Origin: Guillardia theta CCMP2712
Taxonomy: Eukaryota > Protista > Cryptophyta
DNA length: 45,316 nucleotides
Direction: 5' to 3'
Assembly (NCBI RefSeq): GCF_000315625.1
Contig: NW_005434590.1
Location: 364,786 to 410,101 of the forward strand
In this document: piece after piece, positions 35,620-45,133 of the stretch
How the letters are laid out: each line of letters begins with the position of its first letter
Numbering within the stretch: position 1 is the stretch's first letter
Made by a program: the position numbers and the translations under genes
Notes under the pieces: model-generated
The model's database searches: none
What the model was told of the DNA's origin: nothing
The model's input: the letters and a program-made list of their open reading frames with translations, nothing else

Positions 35620-36735
35620 ATGGCAAAGGAAGGTGAGTCACGCGGACCGACTGATCCGGAACCTTCCAAAGACTTGTTCAAGAAGTCACGAGGCTTCTTC
35701 GGACAGAAACTTCGGCTACAATACGCAATTTTAAGTTTGATATTTCGACTCCAATATTTCTTCCAAATAATCAAAAGTTATATATTCAGGTTAAGGACAA
35801 CTTCAAAGCAAGCTTGCTGTGATCTGACGTCAATATGGTTTAAATTGTCAGCAACATTCTCGAGTTATGCCTGGTTTTCCTCACAACCGGTCCAAAGATA
35901 GGGTTTTGTAGGGGTCCAATGTTGACTGCGGAGGTGGCCTCCGGGAAAGGAGTTAGATCGGGTGTCAAAACTGTATCCAGAATATTCAACTTTTGTTGTA
36001 TGAATCTGAAATCATCTTTGAGCATTAAATGATCCGTGGAGTAATCTCGAGCCGTGAACGACTAATTGTGTCAGCAAGCGGACGATCCCGTGTCCTTTAC
36101 AACACAAACCGATACAAAAAGTCAACGATTCAAGTTTACCTTCTTCGAATTGCTGATGCACATGGATAATCTTACTGATATGACTTCTTTTCACCTCCAC
36201 TTCCCCGCAGTGTACGCGTGACAGCTTACTATATAATCTTGTACCTACGCCCGACTCATCCATCTGAGCGCTTGCGTCCTTCAGCCCACGAAGCCGATCA
36301 CAGATCTCTTCTTGTTTCCGAAACAACAGAGTTCTTCAGCTGTGTCGATATATTTGCATCTGGAACCTTCAGCAGCATTCCCTTTTGTTTGATATCATTA
36401 TGACTCCTGCAAACACTCGCTCGAAAATTGTCCGACTTACGCTAAATGAGAAACAAAAGGCTTACCTGGAGCAAATGAAAGCAAACCAAGAAAAACATGA
36501 TAAGGAGAAGCTGGAGCAACCCCAGAAACTTAACTTCGTATGCTATGTGGCTGATGGGTCAAAATTGCTTGATAACATCAAAATGGCTAAGAGAAAGTAT
36601 GATGTCAGATCACAGTCAGCCGTGGACCTACACGAATTGCAACGACAAGCAGAAGCAGCTGAAATGGCTTTATCACTGAGACGAACCTCAAGCATGAAGC
36701 GATTGACCTCTCCTGAATCTCTTGAATGCGATTGA
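35620..36735 (+). CDS. Multi-exon hypothetical protein with a coiled-coil C-terminus, divergent from RPA12
   Basis: MAKE|EVTRLLRTETSATIRNFK|LRTTSKQACCDLTSIW with ~50-nt GT-AG introns; 3' exons RSKIVRLTLNEKQKAYLEQMKANQEKHDKEKLE..SPESLECD*. Middle exons unresolved. Confidence 0.5.
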
Positions 36736-37352
36736 TTTTCCACAGCTGGCGATGTTTGGTTCAGTTTTGTAGATTTTGTTATTTTTTTGTTGCTCTTTTT
36801 AATACATATACAAATGCATTATCAATGATGCGATCATTATCAATGCTGCGATCATTATCACATTCAATGATACAATTTAGTCATCACTCCTGTATTCATT
36901 GTCTTCGTATACGCAAGGTTTGGGGTGTACCTACATCAGGCTGCAACCAGTCGATAAGACCAATATGCAATGCATTTGCTGTGCCTGCTGGTTAAGAAGA
37001 TCGGTTGTTCGTTATTCAATTCAAACCCGTCTGTAGAGAGACTGAGATGGGATAGTACGTTCCTGCGGTGTTTCACATCTGCTTCGCGTGGTGTTCACCA
37101 CAGCGCGATTCGTCACCCGACAGTCGGTGGCTTCCCACTGAACTTCGGAACCGGGCCCTTGAACTAGTCGGGCCGGGCAGCACTGATCTCTGGGTCTTTT
37201 TATGACGCATCTGTCCTCTGCATGTTTATGGGATACAGCACTCAGACAAGTCACTGTCTGAACTGAACTTCGGAAGGCGGCGGCCGCCCCGGGGCCGGCG
37301 GCGTGAGTCATGACTGAGCCTCCGAGAGTCAGACCGTCGGACTCTGCCCGTC

Positions 37353-37384
37353 TTCTTTACTCAAAGTTAAGTTAAAATCAGTAC
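37353..37384 (+). promoter_or_regulatory. Repeated motif TTCTTTACTCAAAGTTAAGTTAAAATCAGTAC, copy 2
   Basis: Direct match to copies 1 and 3; follows a small GC island. Confidence 0.6.
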
Positions 37385-37813
37385 GAGGACAATCAGGAGA
37401 GTCGAGGAGGCTTGACCCTGACACTGTCGCACAGGCCAAACGGCCGCAGAAGAGAAAAGACAGCGAGAACCAAACCTAAACCTGCCGACTGCTGTCCCCC
37501 AAACTTAACTGATACCTTCACTTAACGGCGCGCAGGACAAGTCCCCCGCCGTCACTGTCCGACACGTGGCAACCGTCCGGTGACTTGGGCCCGCGCCGCC
37601 GCGGCCGGCTCCCGGCCGCGCAGCCTCCGAGTGCGGCCCGGGCCCCCTGGTGACCGTCGGACGGTCAGTTGTGCCTGGCGCGGTACGCCCGCCGGGCCGG
37701 GCGGCCGCCGCGGGGGCAATGCCCGGGATGATCCCGGAGTCCGGCGATTTGAATGATGATCACTGATGGCAAGTAAGTATGTTCCGAAGTTCACAGGATT
37801 GGAGCCGGCTAAA

Positions 37814-37839
37814 TCTTCTTTACTCAAAGTTAAGTTAAA
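37814..37839 (+). promoter_or_regulatory. Repeated motif TCTTCTTTACTCAAAGTTAAGTTAAA, copy 3
   Basis: Ends about 21 nt upstream of ATG 37861. Confidence 0.6.
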
Positions 37840-37860
37840 GAAAAGTAAGCCTCGAAAAGA

Positions 37861-39351
37861 ATGCGGTGCTACGGCCTAAGAGGTCTTCTCTTGCTCGCTA
37901 GTGGGGCATGCGGCTTGTTGGTGTACAGAAAGCTGCGACATGCAGCAAGACACTTGACGAGCTTGTCTCGATGGCTCCTTCCTTCCATGTTTGCTCGACA
38001 TATCCGCGCATTGGCGGCTGACAACGGGGAGCCTTGCGTGCTTGACGTGTCGCCATCCAATGTTGGGTTGTTTCGAAGAGGAGGAGCTGCGATGATCGGT
38101 AAGGATCTGAGAGCTTCTGGTCTTCCAGCACATGTCTGTGACTTCGTGGAATGTTTGCTTGTTGCGAGAGGAGCTGACCAAGCATTTAGAACCAAGACTG
38201 AGTTGATCAACTACAAGAAGGTAGAGACCATGCGGGTGTTGCCCTCCTTTGTTGAATATTTCCTTCAGGTCATACAGCACATGCAGAAGAACATGGAGAA
38301 ACTTGAGGCCGAGCTCAGCGTTCTGGCCGCTATTGCATACGCAGCTGAGGAAGACCCAGACGTCCATCCTCGTCCACGACGTTTTCAAAAGATTGCTCAG
38401 AAGCTCGACGAGTGCCGTGGAAGTCTGCATGTGCTGCGAGATGTTCGCACTTGGACGGCAGCCATCTGTAAGGTCTCAAGATTTCCAAGTGACGAGCGCA
38501 TGTTTGTGGCTGGAGACGCATTCATTTCGCGTTTGCCTGCAGCAATGAGCGAGCAAGGGGGGCTGAACTTTCGCCTGCGCTCTCTATCGAGGTTTGTGCA
38601 GGACAGCAAGGAGGAGTCACTGCAAGTGATCCAAAGGCTCGGCTGGCCTCCATCTGCCACCTTCACACAAGAAGGGAAGCACCTATGTAGAGTCTGCAAG
38701 AAAGGGTTCGGCAGAAAGTGGATCAAGCGAAGCATCTGCTGGAAGTGCGAGAGTGACAGCAGAGATCAGGGTCGATGCCCATACGAGGACGGAAACTTGT
38801 GCTATGTATGTCCTCACCTTCGAGCTTGCCTTCTGTGCGAGCGTCTTCCATGTATGCATTGCAGGATGGTGCACTCGGAGGACATGGCAGAAGATGTTTC
38901 ATCCTTCGTGCAGGAGTTGAATCCAGACGTACTGATCGTAGACTTCGATCAAACTCTATGTGAGACAAGAAGCGGCTGTGCCCCAGTAGTTGATAAGCAT
39001 GCCATGAACAGCGACATTAGCAATGCCATCAAGTGCCGACCAACCAAACGAAATGTCATCCTCACAAGGCAAAACTTCAAGAATGAGCCGACCATCAAAA
39101 GGTACCTCGACCAAATGGGAATGAAGAATGTAGAGATTCGCTGTATAGGAGGCAAACGTAACGCAAAAGGAGAGAAGATGAGCAAGTCGGATATGATGCT
39201 CGATCTTGTACCATGCGGATCAGTTCTTTTCATTGATGATGACCTACGAGAGCTGATGGCAAGGGAGATAGCTCAATGTGATAGAATTACGCGTTTACTC
39301 TTCTTCTCTTCGAGATGGGATGTGAAACATCATCATAATCTTCAAGCCTGA
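37861..39351 (+). CDS. Hypothetical 496-aa protein: N-terminal membrane anchor, Cys-rich zinc-binding region, C-terminal HAD-like phosphatase domain; intronless
   Basis: Hydrophobic GLLLLASGACGLLVY; CRVC..CWKC..CPY..CYVCPH..CLLC..CMHC; HAD motif I VDFDQT, motif II ILTR, motif III K, motif IV LFIDDD. Confidence 0.85.
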   Translation: MRCYGLRGLLLLASGACGLLVYRKLRHAARHLTSLSRWLLPSMFARHIRALAADNGEPCVLDVSPSNVGLFRRGGAAMIGKDLRASGLPAHVCDFVECLLVARGADQAFRTKTELINYKKVETMRVLPSFVEYFLQVIQHMQKNMEKLEAELSVLAAIAYAAEEDPDVHPRPRRFQKIAQKLDECRGSLHVLRDVRTWTAAICKVSRFPSDERMFVAGDAFISRLPAAMSEQGGLNFRLRSLSRFVQDSKEESLQVIQRLGWPPSATFTQEGKHLCRVCKKGFGRKWIKRSICWKCESDSRDQGRCPYEDGNLCYVCPHLRACLLCERLPCMHCRMVHSEDMAEDVSSFVQELNPDVLIVDFDQTLCETRSGCAPVVDKHAMNSDISNAIKCRPTKRNVILTRQNFKNEPTIKRYLDQMGMKNVEIRCIGGKRNAKGEKMSKSDMMLDLVPCGSVLFIDDDLRELMAREIAQCDRITRLLFFSSRWDVKHHHNLQA

Positions 39352-39450
39352 CATTTTACTTCATAGTCTCATTAACTTCTATAAAATGATTAACCTTCAT
39401 AGCTAGTATACAATGTTGAATATTCAGTGCTCAAGACTCGAACGCCTGAA

Positions 39451-42400
39451 TCAATCCTGGGATCGAAATTTCTGACTTGAGCCCAATACTATCCGCCTGT
39501 TGCAAAACAATATGAGTTGGTGTGGTGAACAATGAAGAACTTCAACGTCTTTCGTCATTGAGACCTCCCGATGTGTCTCTGTGCTTAGAAGATCTTCGGC
39601 TGAGTAAGAATTGAGAATCATCTTCGAATCCTTCTGTGCCTTTACCTTTTCTTGAGCCATACGTTGCCCTCGTAAGCACTCCGGGGGCGTAAGATTTCGA
39701 TGTCTTGCCTTTCATGAGGTAAGAAAGACGACTTAATTGCATATGCATTGACTACTTCGCCTACGGAAAATTTGAACGGCCTCCTGGAACAACATCGTTA
39801 CATTCATCTGAAATCTGAGGAGGGAAAAGATACTCACAGCATTCGGCGATTCACTGCTCAAAAGCTCAACTTTCTTTTCTAATCTGTCCATGTGCTCGAA
39901 GATTTCAAGTTTTGCTGAGAGTGTAAGAATTAGATTCACCCAAACAACCAAAGCAATTGCTCACTTTGCTCCAAGTGCATTCTCATCACAGGGGCAGTCA
40001 GTTCCGAGCGATTGACTGCACTCTTAGGGCCTGGATAGCTCTCAGACGCTAAGACGAAGATGCAGAATTTTGCCTATCACTAATTTTGTGACAATCTGTT
40101 CGAAATGCTCTTCTGTGAGTCGAGGTTTCATTTCCTCTTCATCGCAGATCTCCTGACAAGTGTTCAGCCCCTGTTGAGCCAATTTCAAGCTGTTTACATC
40201 TTCAAATGAATTTTCGACTGACTCATAGAAGAACCTGAACCAGAAGCAGTCAGGTCAAGGTTCCGGAACTTGCGTCACTGGTGGAGCACATTTGCACATC
40301 CCGATCACTCAATTCTTGGCCAAGCCCTCGGAAGAAATCAAGGATTTCCTCCACGTCAACAAAACCATCTTGGTTTGAATCAACTTCTTTGAAAAGCTTC
40401 CTCGCACCATCGCGCAGATCCTTCTGACTGCATGCAGAAGATTCCAAGATAGATATCATCTTTCATCTCTCACATTCAGCGTAGCAAGCACCTGAACTTC
40501 AATCCCAGTCCCATCGATCTGAGCAGACCAAATCGAATTCGTGACTGCTTGATCTCATTCCAGTAATGCCTACGCAAGGAAGGTTGTTAGACAGTTTTGT
40601 ATGTTGTAACCAAGGTTACCAGATAACGAAAAGTCCCCATAACACCATGAAGATTCCGAGACCAATCATGTAGATTATGCACCATCGCATCAACTACGAA
40701 TCATGTCAGAACAATAATTGATTGAACGATGAACTTGCCGCTTTATCAAAACGATCAATGTAGGTACTGGGGGTTGTTTTCACTGATGCCTTGAGCCACT
40801 TCTGACAAACAATCAGGAGTGAGTTATGATCAATATAGTTGATCTTAAGCGTCATTGCACACACTTCAAGCAAAAGCTTGTAATTGAGCTCTCCAGTCCC
40901 GTACATCAAGTCGGATTGCGCCACTTGCACGAGATGATAAACTTTGTCGACGTCGTAGCCTGGACGGCCGATGGCAATCACTCTTGGTCGATGTTCGAAC
41001 ACGTCTCCGACTTGGATCAGGTTATTGTCTTTGAATGTCGGATCATTTTGAAGCAACCATCTACAACACATGTGAGAGGCTTTTTCTGAGGCCCGTGGGT
41101 AGAAATTTGAGCGACATACCGGACAGTCCAAGTCTCATCAACTGCCACATCAATGGTTTGATTGACCAACGCAGACAGCAGATTTGTCACATTTTCATAC
41201 ACAAGCACAGTGGAGTTCAAGAGTTGCTGCGACAGCGAGGATCATTATAGCGAGTACACGGGAAGCACCTACTTGCTCTAAAAAGTGCTTGGCAATGACA
41301 GAAGAGGTTCCAAGGCGATATCCGTCGAGATCTGTAACTTTCTGAATTTGCAATAATTTGTCCGCAGGCGGAAGATAGCTCAGGTTTTGGGAGTTGACGA
41401 AAGTCGAAGTGACTGCTGCTCCGAACATTCCGACACAGTATGTCCCAGCAAACATCCAAGCGATGGTCAAAATTTTTCCCTGCACAGTTACTGGAACTTT
41501 ATCGCCATATCCAACAGTCATGGCTGTTACTATCCCTAGCCACCATGAGTCAAATACGCCAGGTCCTGGATTTCATTCAATCAAATCTTCAGAATCAGAA
41601 TATGGCCTCACCATAATATTTGTTTATATTTGGATTGTCCTTTCTCTCAACAATCCAAATCAAATGGGCAAAGATGATTGAAAGAATAACTAATAAAAGC
41701 AACGAAAATAGAGCCCACGCGTTTGATGTTCCAAATGCCTGTTGCCTTAAAGCGAGATCAAAGCTTGTATCAAGATGGAAGCTGCTGGGTTCTTACAGCA
41801 CGGTCATTCCGTCAATGGGAGAGTCTTGCTTAATAACGACCCCTTGGTACCCTGTCACCGGCTTAACATGATCTTGTTTGAACCGCTTCATTACCTGCGG
41901 TCGCATATGGAAGACTGAAATCTACAAAATTGCTGAGGTCCAAATCTACTTGTATAGCACAAAACTGTACAACATATCAGATCAAAGGTAATTCACCTCA
42001 GACTTACAGCAATGTCATAGAGTTGTTGTTTCAGCTGTTGTAAAAGAGCTTTCTGTGGCATGACCTAGCAGCGGCGCAGGGATTAGATGCAAGGACGTCG
42101 GAGCATCGCATTTACAGTAACAACAGGGGGTTGACGGAGAACATTCCTAAGGTCCTCAGAAACGTTTGAGACTCCAGCCAGTCTCCTCATGTTCTCTAGT
42201 AGAGCCTGCACACACATCAAATGCATGACCTTGCTGCTCCTCTTCCTTCTTGTCCTATCTGCTTCCCACAATCGCCCTTGGGTCGTTCTCCTCTCCCATC
42301 CGCCGGTTGTCAATCATGTGCACTTACGCTCCAGTATTCGACATCCAGCCCCGTCAGCCCTCCCGTCTCGTTTCTAAGAACATAAGGTGCCCTATCTCCG

Positions 42401-42563
42401 TCACAGAACGCCACCTGCACTCGATGTCAGCAATCTTGCTTAATTCAGCAGAGAATACCTTCAACGGCTGGGCCTGTGCCCGAACAAGCCATGCAGAACA
42501 AAGAATCAGCAGAAGCACGCTGAGAATTTTCTGCATCAAAGATACTCCGCATTTTGTCTGCAT
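39451..42563 (-). CDS. GluR0-like ligand-gated K+ channel (iGluR superfamily) with M4 helix and EF-hand; 3' end approximate
   Basis: Signal peptide MQKILSVLLLILCSAWLVRAQA; S1 VAFCDGDRAPYV..TGLDVEYW..YDIAFCAI..VDFSLPY; M1 AWALFSLLLLVILSIIFAHLIWIVER; pore DSWWLGIVTAMTVGYGDKVP (TVGYGD at 41501-41518); M3 GKILTIAWMFAGTYCVGMFGAAVTS; S2 ..DVAVDETWTV..; M4 WCIIYMIGLGIFMVLWGLFVIW; EF loop DSNQDGFVDVEE (40346-40381). Confidence 0.88.
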
Positions 42564-43020
42564 GTTGCAATGATACAATTTCAACAGCATTTCATCTGTG
42601 GAGAAAATCAATACACTTAAATGCAGATGCTAAGTGTCTGTGTATAGATCTGCATTTGATTATACGCCTTTGCTGCTAGCAATCTATTTACCTCTTCTCT
42701 TGTGCCCATCGCTGTTTCCAGTTGCACCCTGTGGGGATTAAAACGGAACTCACTCATTTTAAAAGGATATTTGAGTGTGTACTGAGGGGTAGAAATCTAT
42801 CCCCGCATATAATGATAGTAGCGAGATTGAAGCAGTGAGTATACAATTGAGGGTTGTAGCGTTTTATAATGATGCTGGGGTGGTGACCGTTCGGTTGGCT
42901 AAATAGAGGTGACTTCTATTTTCCTGGTACTAACTTTAGTCATCATGCCCAGCACTGTATTTTATTGGAGCACCGTCAACTGGTTTAGGACCCCTCCCGT
43001 AAACATCCAAATCACAGATC

Positions 43021-43040
43021 AGGGTTTAGTTAGGGTTTAG
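43021..43040 (+). repeat. Short interstitial telomere-type stub AGGGTTTAGTTAGGGTTTAG
   Basis: TTTAGGG/TTAGGG-like units, same orientation as the terminal array. Confidence 0.6.
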
Positions 43041-45133
43041 GAGCGCCGGTTATTCCCGGCAGGCCGCCGCAGCGGCCGCCGCCGGGTTATTCTGGGCATC
43101 ATCATGGCATGGCAGTGCGAGTATGGGAAGCCGCCCGGCCAGGGCGCGACTCTCAGGGCTCGGAACAAAAAAGACTCCGAGAATATCATAGTATGCCGAT
43201 TAGCGGCGCTTCTCAACTCAGGAGAAGCTGGATTTCTCTCCGAAGATACAATCCTCGAGGCAACTTGAGACAGATTTCAAGTAGCATGCTCTGCTCCCTC
43301 CTCTGATTTACTTCAGTGGTCTCAGTCTTCCCCTGCCTTAGCCAGTGGCGTTTCCTCCGCCGGCCTTGGCCTGGGTCGTCCGTGCTTTACTTGTGTTGCT
43401 TCCTCGGCTCCGACACACCGGGCCTTGGCGGTCTCGGCCGGCCTTCGGCCGCAGTGAGTGGATGATGGATGGGGTGGCAAGTGGGTTGTGGATGGGTCCC
43501 TGGGACTCACGTCCCTTCCCCCCGGCGGGCCTCGGTCCGGACCGGGCCCGGGAGCCCGGCCGGCCTCCGCCCGGCCTCCTCCCCCGGGCCGCCTCCCCCT
43601 CCCCCCTCCCCCACCGGCTTACCTGCCCTTACCTTCGTTGCTTGCCCCATGTCCACCTCATTTATTTCTTCCTCCTTCCCCCCTTGGGGCCCACAGCTCC
43701 GCTCCGCCTCAAGTCCACCTCTAAGACTTGACTCGAGCCTCAAGCGCGAGAGAGGCCTGCGCCAGCCTCCTCCTCCACGCCCTCGCCCTCCTCAGCCTCC
43801 ATGTCGACTTCCTCCCTCATCATCAGCCGCAGTCGGTCTTGCTTGTCGACCTTGCCCGTGCAGCTCAACCCATGGTGCTCAGCAAATTTACTGATCGCAA
43901 GAAACAAGAGGCTTACAGATCGACTCTCGATGTCATCGCTCTCAGCCTCCTGCTCGAGCGCATCAGTCGCTGCTGCCCTTGGAGAGAAGGCGCTGCCCCT
44001 CCCCGCTGCTTGCGTGACCTTCTTGTTCCCTTGCACCCGTGTCCAGCGCTGCTCGCCGAGGTATGCTCTGAGCTTTTCTTTCAACATGTTTCGCTTCGAT
44101 CCCAACGTCGGCGTGGCTGCCCAAGCTCCGAGCGTCATGAACTCCACGTTGCCCGGCGAGCAGAAGGTGTCATGCAGCTTCCCAACACTCTTGTCTAGCT
44201 CCAGAGAGATCGGCTTGCCAGCTAGCAGCTCCTCCTCTGATGTCTCCAAGAGCATCGACGAGAGGTCGCTTAACATGACGGGACCGATCCTGGCCCTGAN
44301 NNNNNNNNNNNNNNNNNNNNNNNNNNNNNNNNNNNNNNNNNNNNNNNNNNNNNNNNNNNNNNNNNNNNNNNNNNNNNNNNNNNNNNNNNNNNNNNNNNNG
44401 ACGCTGCTTCCCATGGTGATCCTGTCGATGTCGCTGAGCTCCAGCCATCCAGCGCCTTGCTGCTGCCCTTGGGGGTCCTGAGCTTGCTCCTCGCTCTCCT
44501 CTTCCTCCTGAGAGCTGACAGTGGGTTTGAACCCCACCGCCTCCAGCTTGACTTCCAGGATCCCTTCCAAGTAGAAGGGCATGTCTTCCATCAAGCGTCG
44601 AGCCTCTGCCTTGGTCGCCAGGGAGAGAGCTATCAGGCTCCCATCCCAGCTGAGCGTGTCACGATCTTCCTCGACCTCGACGCTGACCAGCTTGAGGTTC
44701 ATTCTTCTTGCTAACTCCAACATGGCTCGCTTGACTCTCGTGATCGATGTGTTACCTCCTCCGCACAGCGCTTCCATCTCCTTCCTCGAGAAGCGGCCTG
44801 TGCTCATGCTTGACCTAGACTTGATCTGTACTCTAAAGCTGCTGCGCCCCGCATGATCTCTCTCGCGAAGTGCCTTCCTCTGCTGGGCAATCTTTCCCCT
44901 CGGCACGAAGGTGTCGGCTGTGAGCTCGACTGCAAACGTCTCTCTGAGCTTGGCGTCGTTGCTGATGAGAGTGAGATGCACCCCCTCCATCGCCTCGCTC
45001 TCTCTGAACGAGGCCAAGGTCTGCTCGCAACTTGCCGTCGAAGGCGAGCTCAGCATCCACTCCAGCTCTTTTTGCTGGAGAGTTCCCGTACTTGCCCCAA
45101 CAGCAACATACGTCTTCGGTTTAGGATTAAGGG
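43041..45133 (-). mobile_element. Putative decayed non-LTR retroelement (ORF1-like plus degenerate ORF2 start) between telomere-type repeats
   Basis: Long intronless ORF open up to the terminal repeats, followed by frameshifted GC-rich sequence and MLLEICLKLPRGLYLRREIQLLLS*EAPLIGIL* (ATG 43287), loosely like the start of an AP endonuclease. No RT seen. Confidence 0.35.
43740..45119 (-). CDS. Intronless hypothetical ORF of about 460 codons (gap 44300-44399 inside), 5' end abuts telomere-type repeats
   Basis: ORF 43740-45056 stays open upstream (PKTYVAVGASTGTLQQKELEW) until the TAA at 45137 inside the repeats; protein-like composition; frame across the gap not verifiable. Confidence 0.65.
   Translation of the reverse strand, partial: PKTYVAVGASTGTLQQKELEWMLSSPSTASCEQTLASFRESEAMEGVHLTLISNDAKLRETFAVELTADTFVPRGKIAQQRKALRERDHAGRSSFRVQIKSRSSMSTGRFSRKEMEALCGGGNTSITRVKRAMLELARRMNLKLVSVEVEEDRDTLSWDGSLIALSLATKAEARRLMEDMPFYLEGILEVKLEAVGFKPTVSSQEEEESEEQAQDPQGQQQGAGWLELSDIDRITMGSSVXXXXXXXXXXXXXXXXXXXXXXXXXXXXXXXXXXRARIGPVMLSDLSSMLLETSEEELLAGKPISLELDKSVGKLHDTFCSPGNVEFMTLGAWAATPTLGSKRNMLKEKLRAYLGEQRWTRVQGNKKVTQAAGRGSAFSPRAAATDALEQEAESDDIESRSVSLLFLAISKFAEHHGLSCTGKVDKQDRLRLMMREEVDMEAEEGEGVEEEAGAGLSRA

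Noticed and set aside
35840-36326. Minus-strand KxDL-like coiled-coil reading (LKDDFRFIQQKLNIL)
   Set aside because: Needs weak splice acceptors and overlaps a plus-strand model with better intron signals; not fully excluded.
43041-43380. Hammerhead ribozyme expected for a Penelope/Athena element
   Set aside because: No CTGAnGA..GAAA core found by eye in the part examined.
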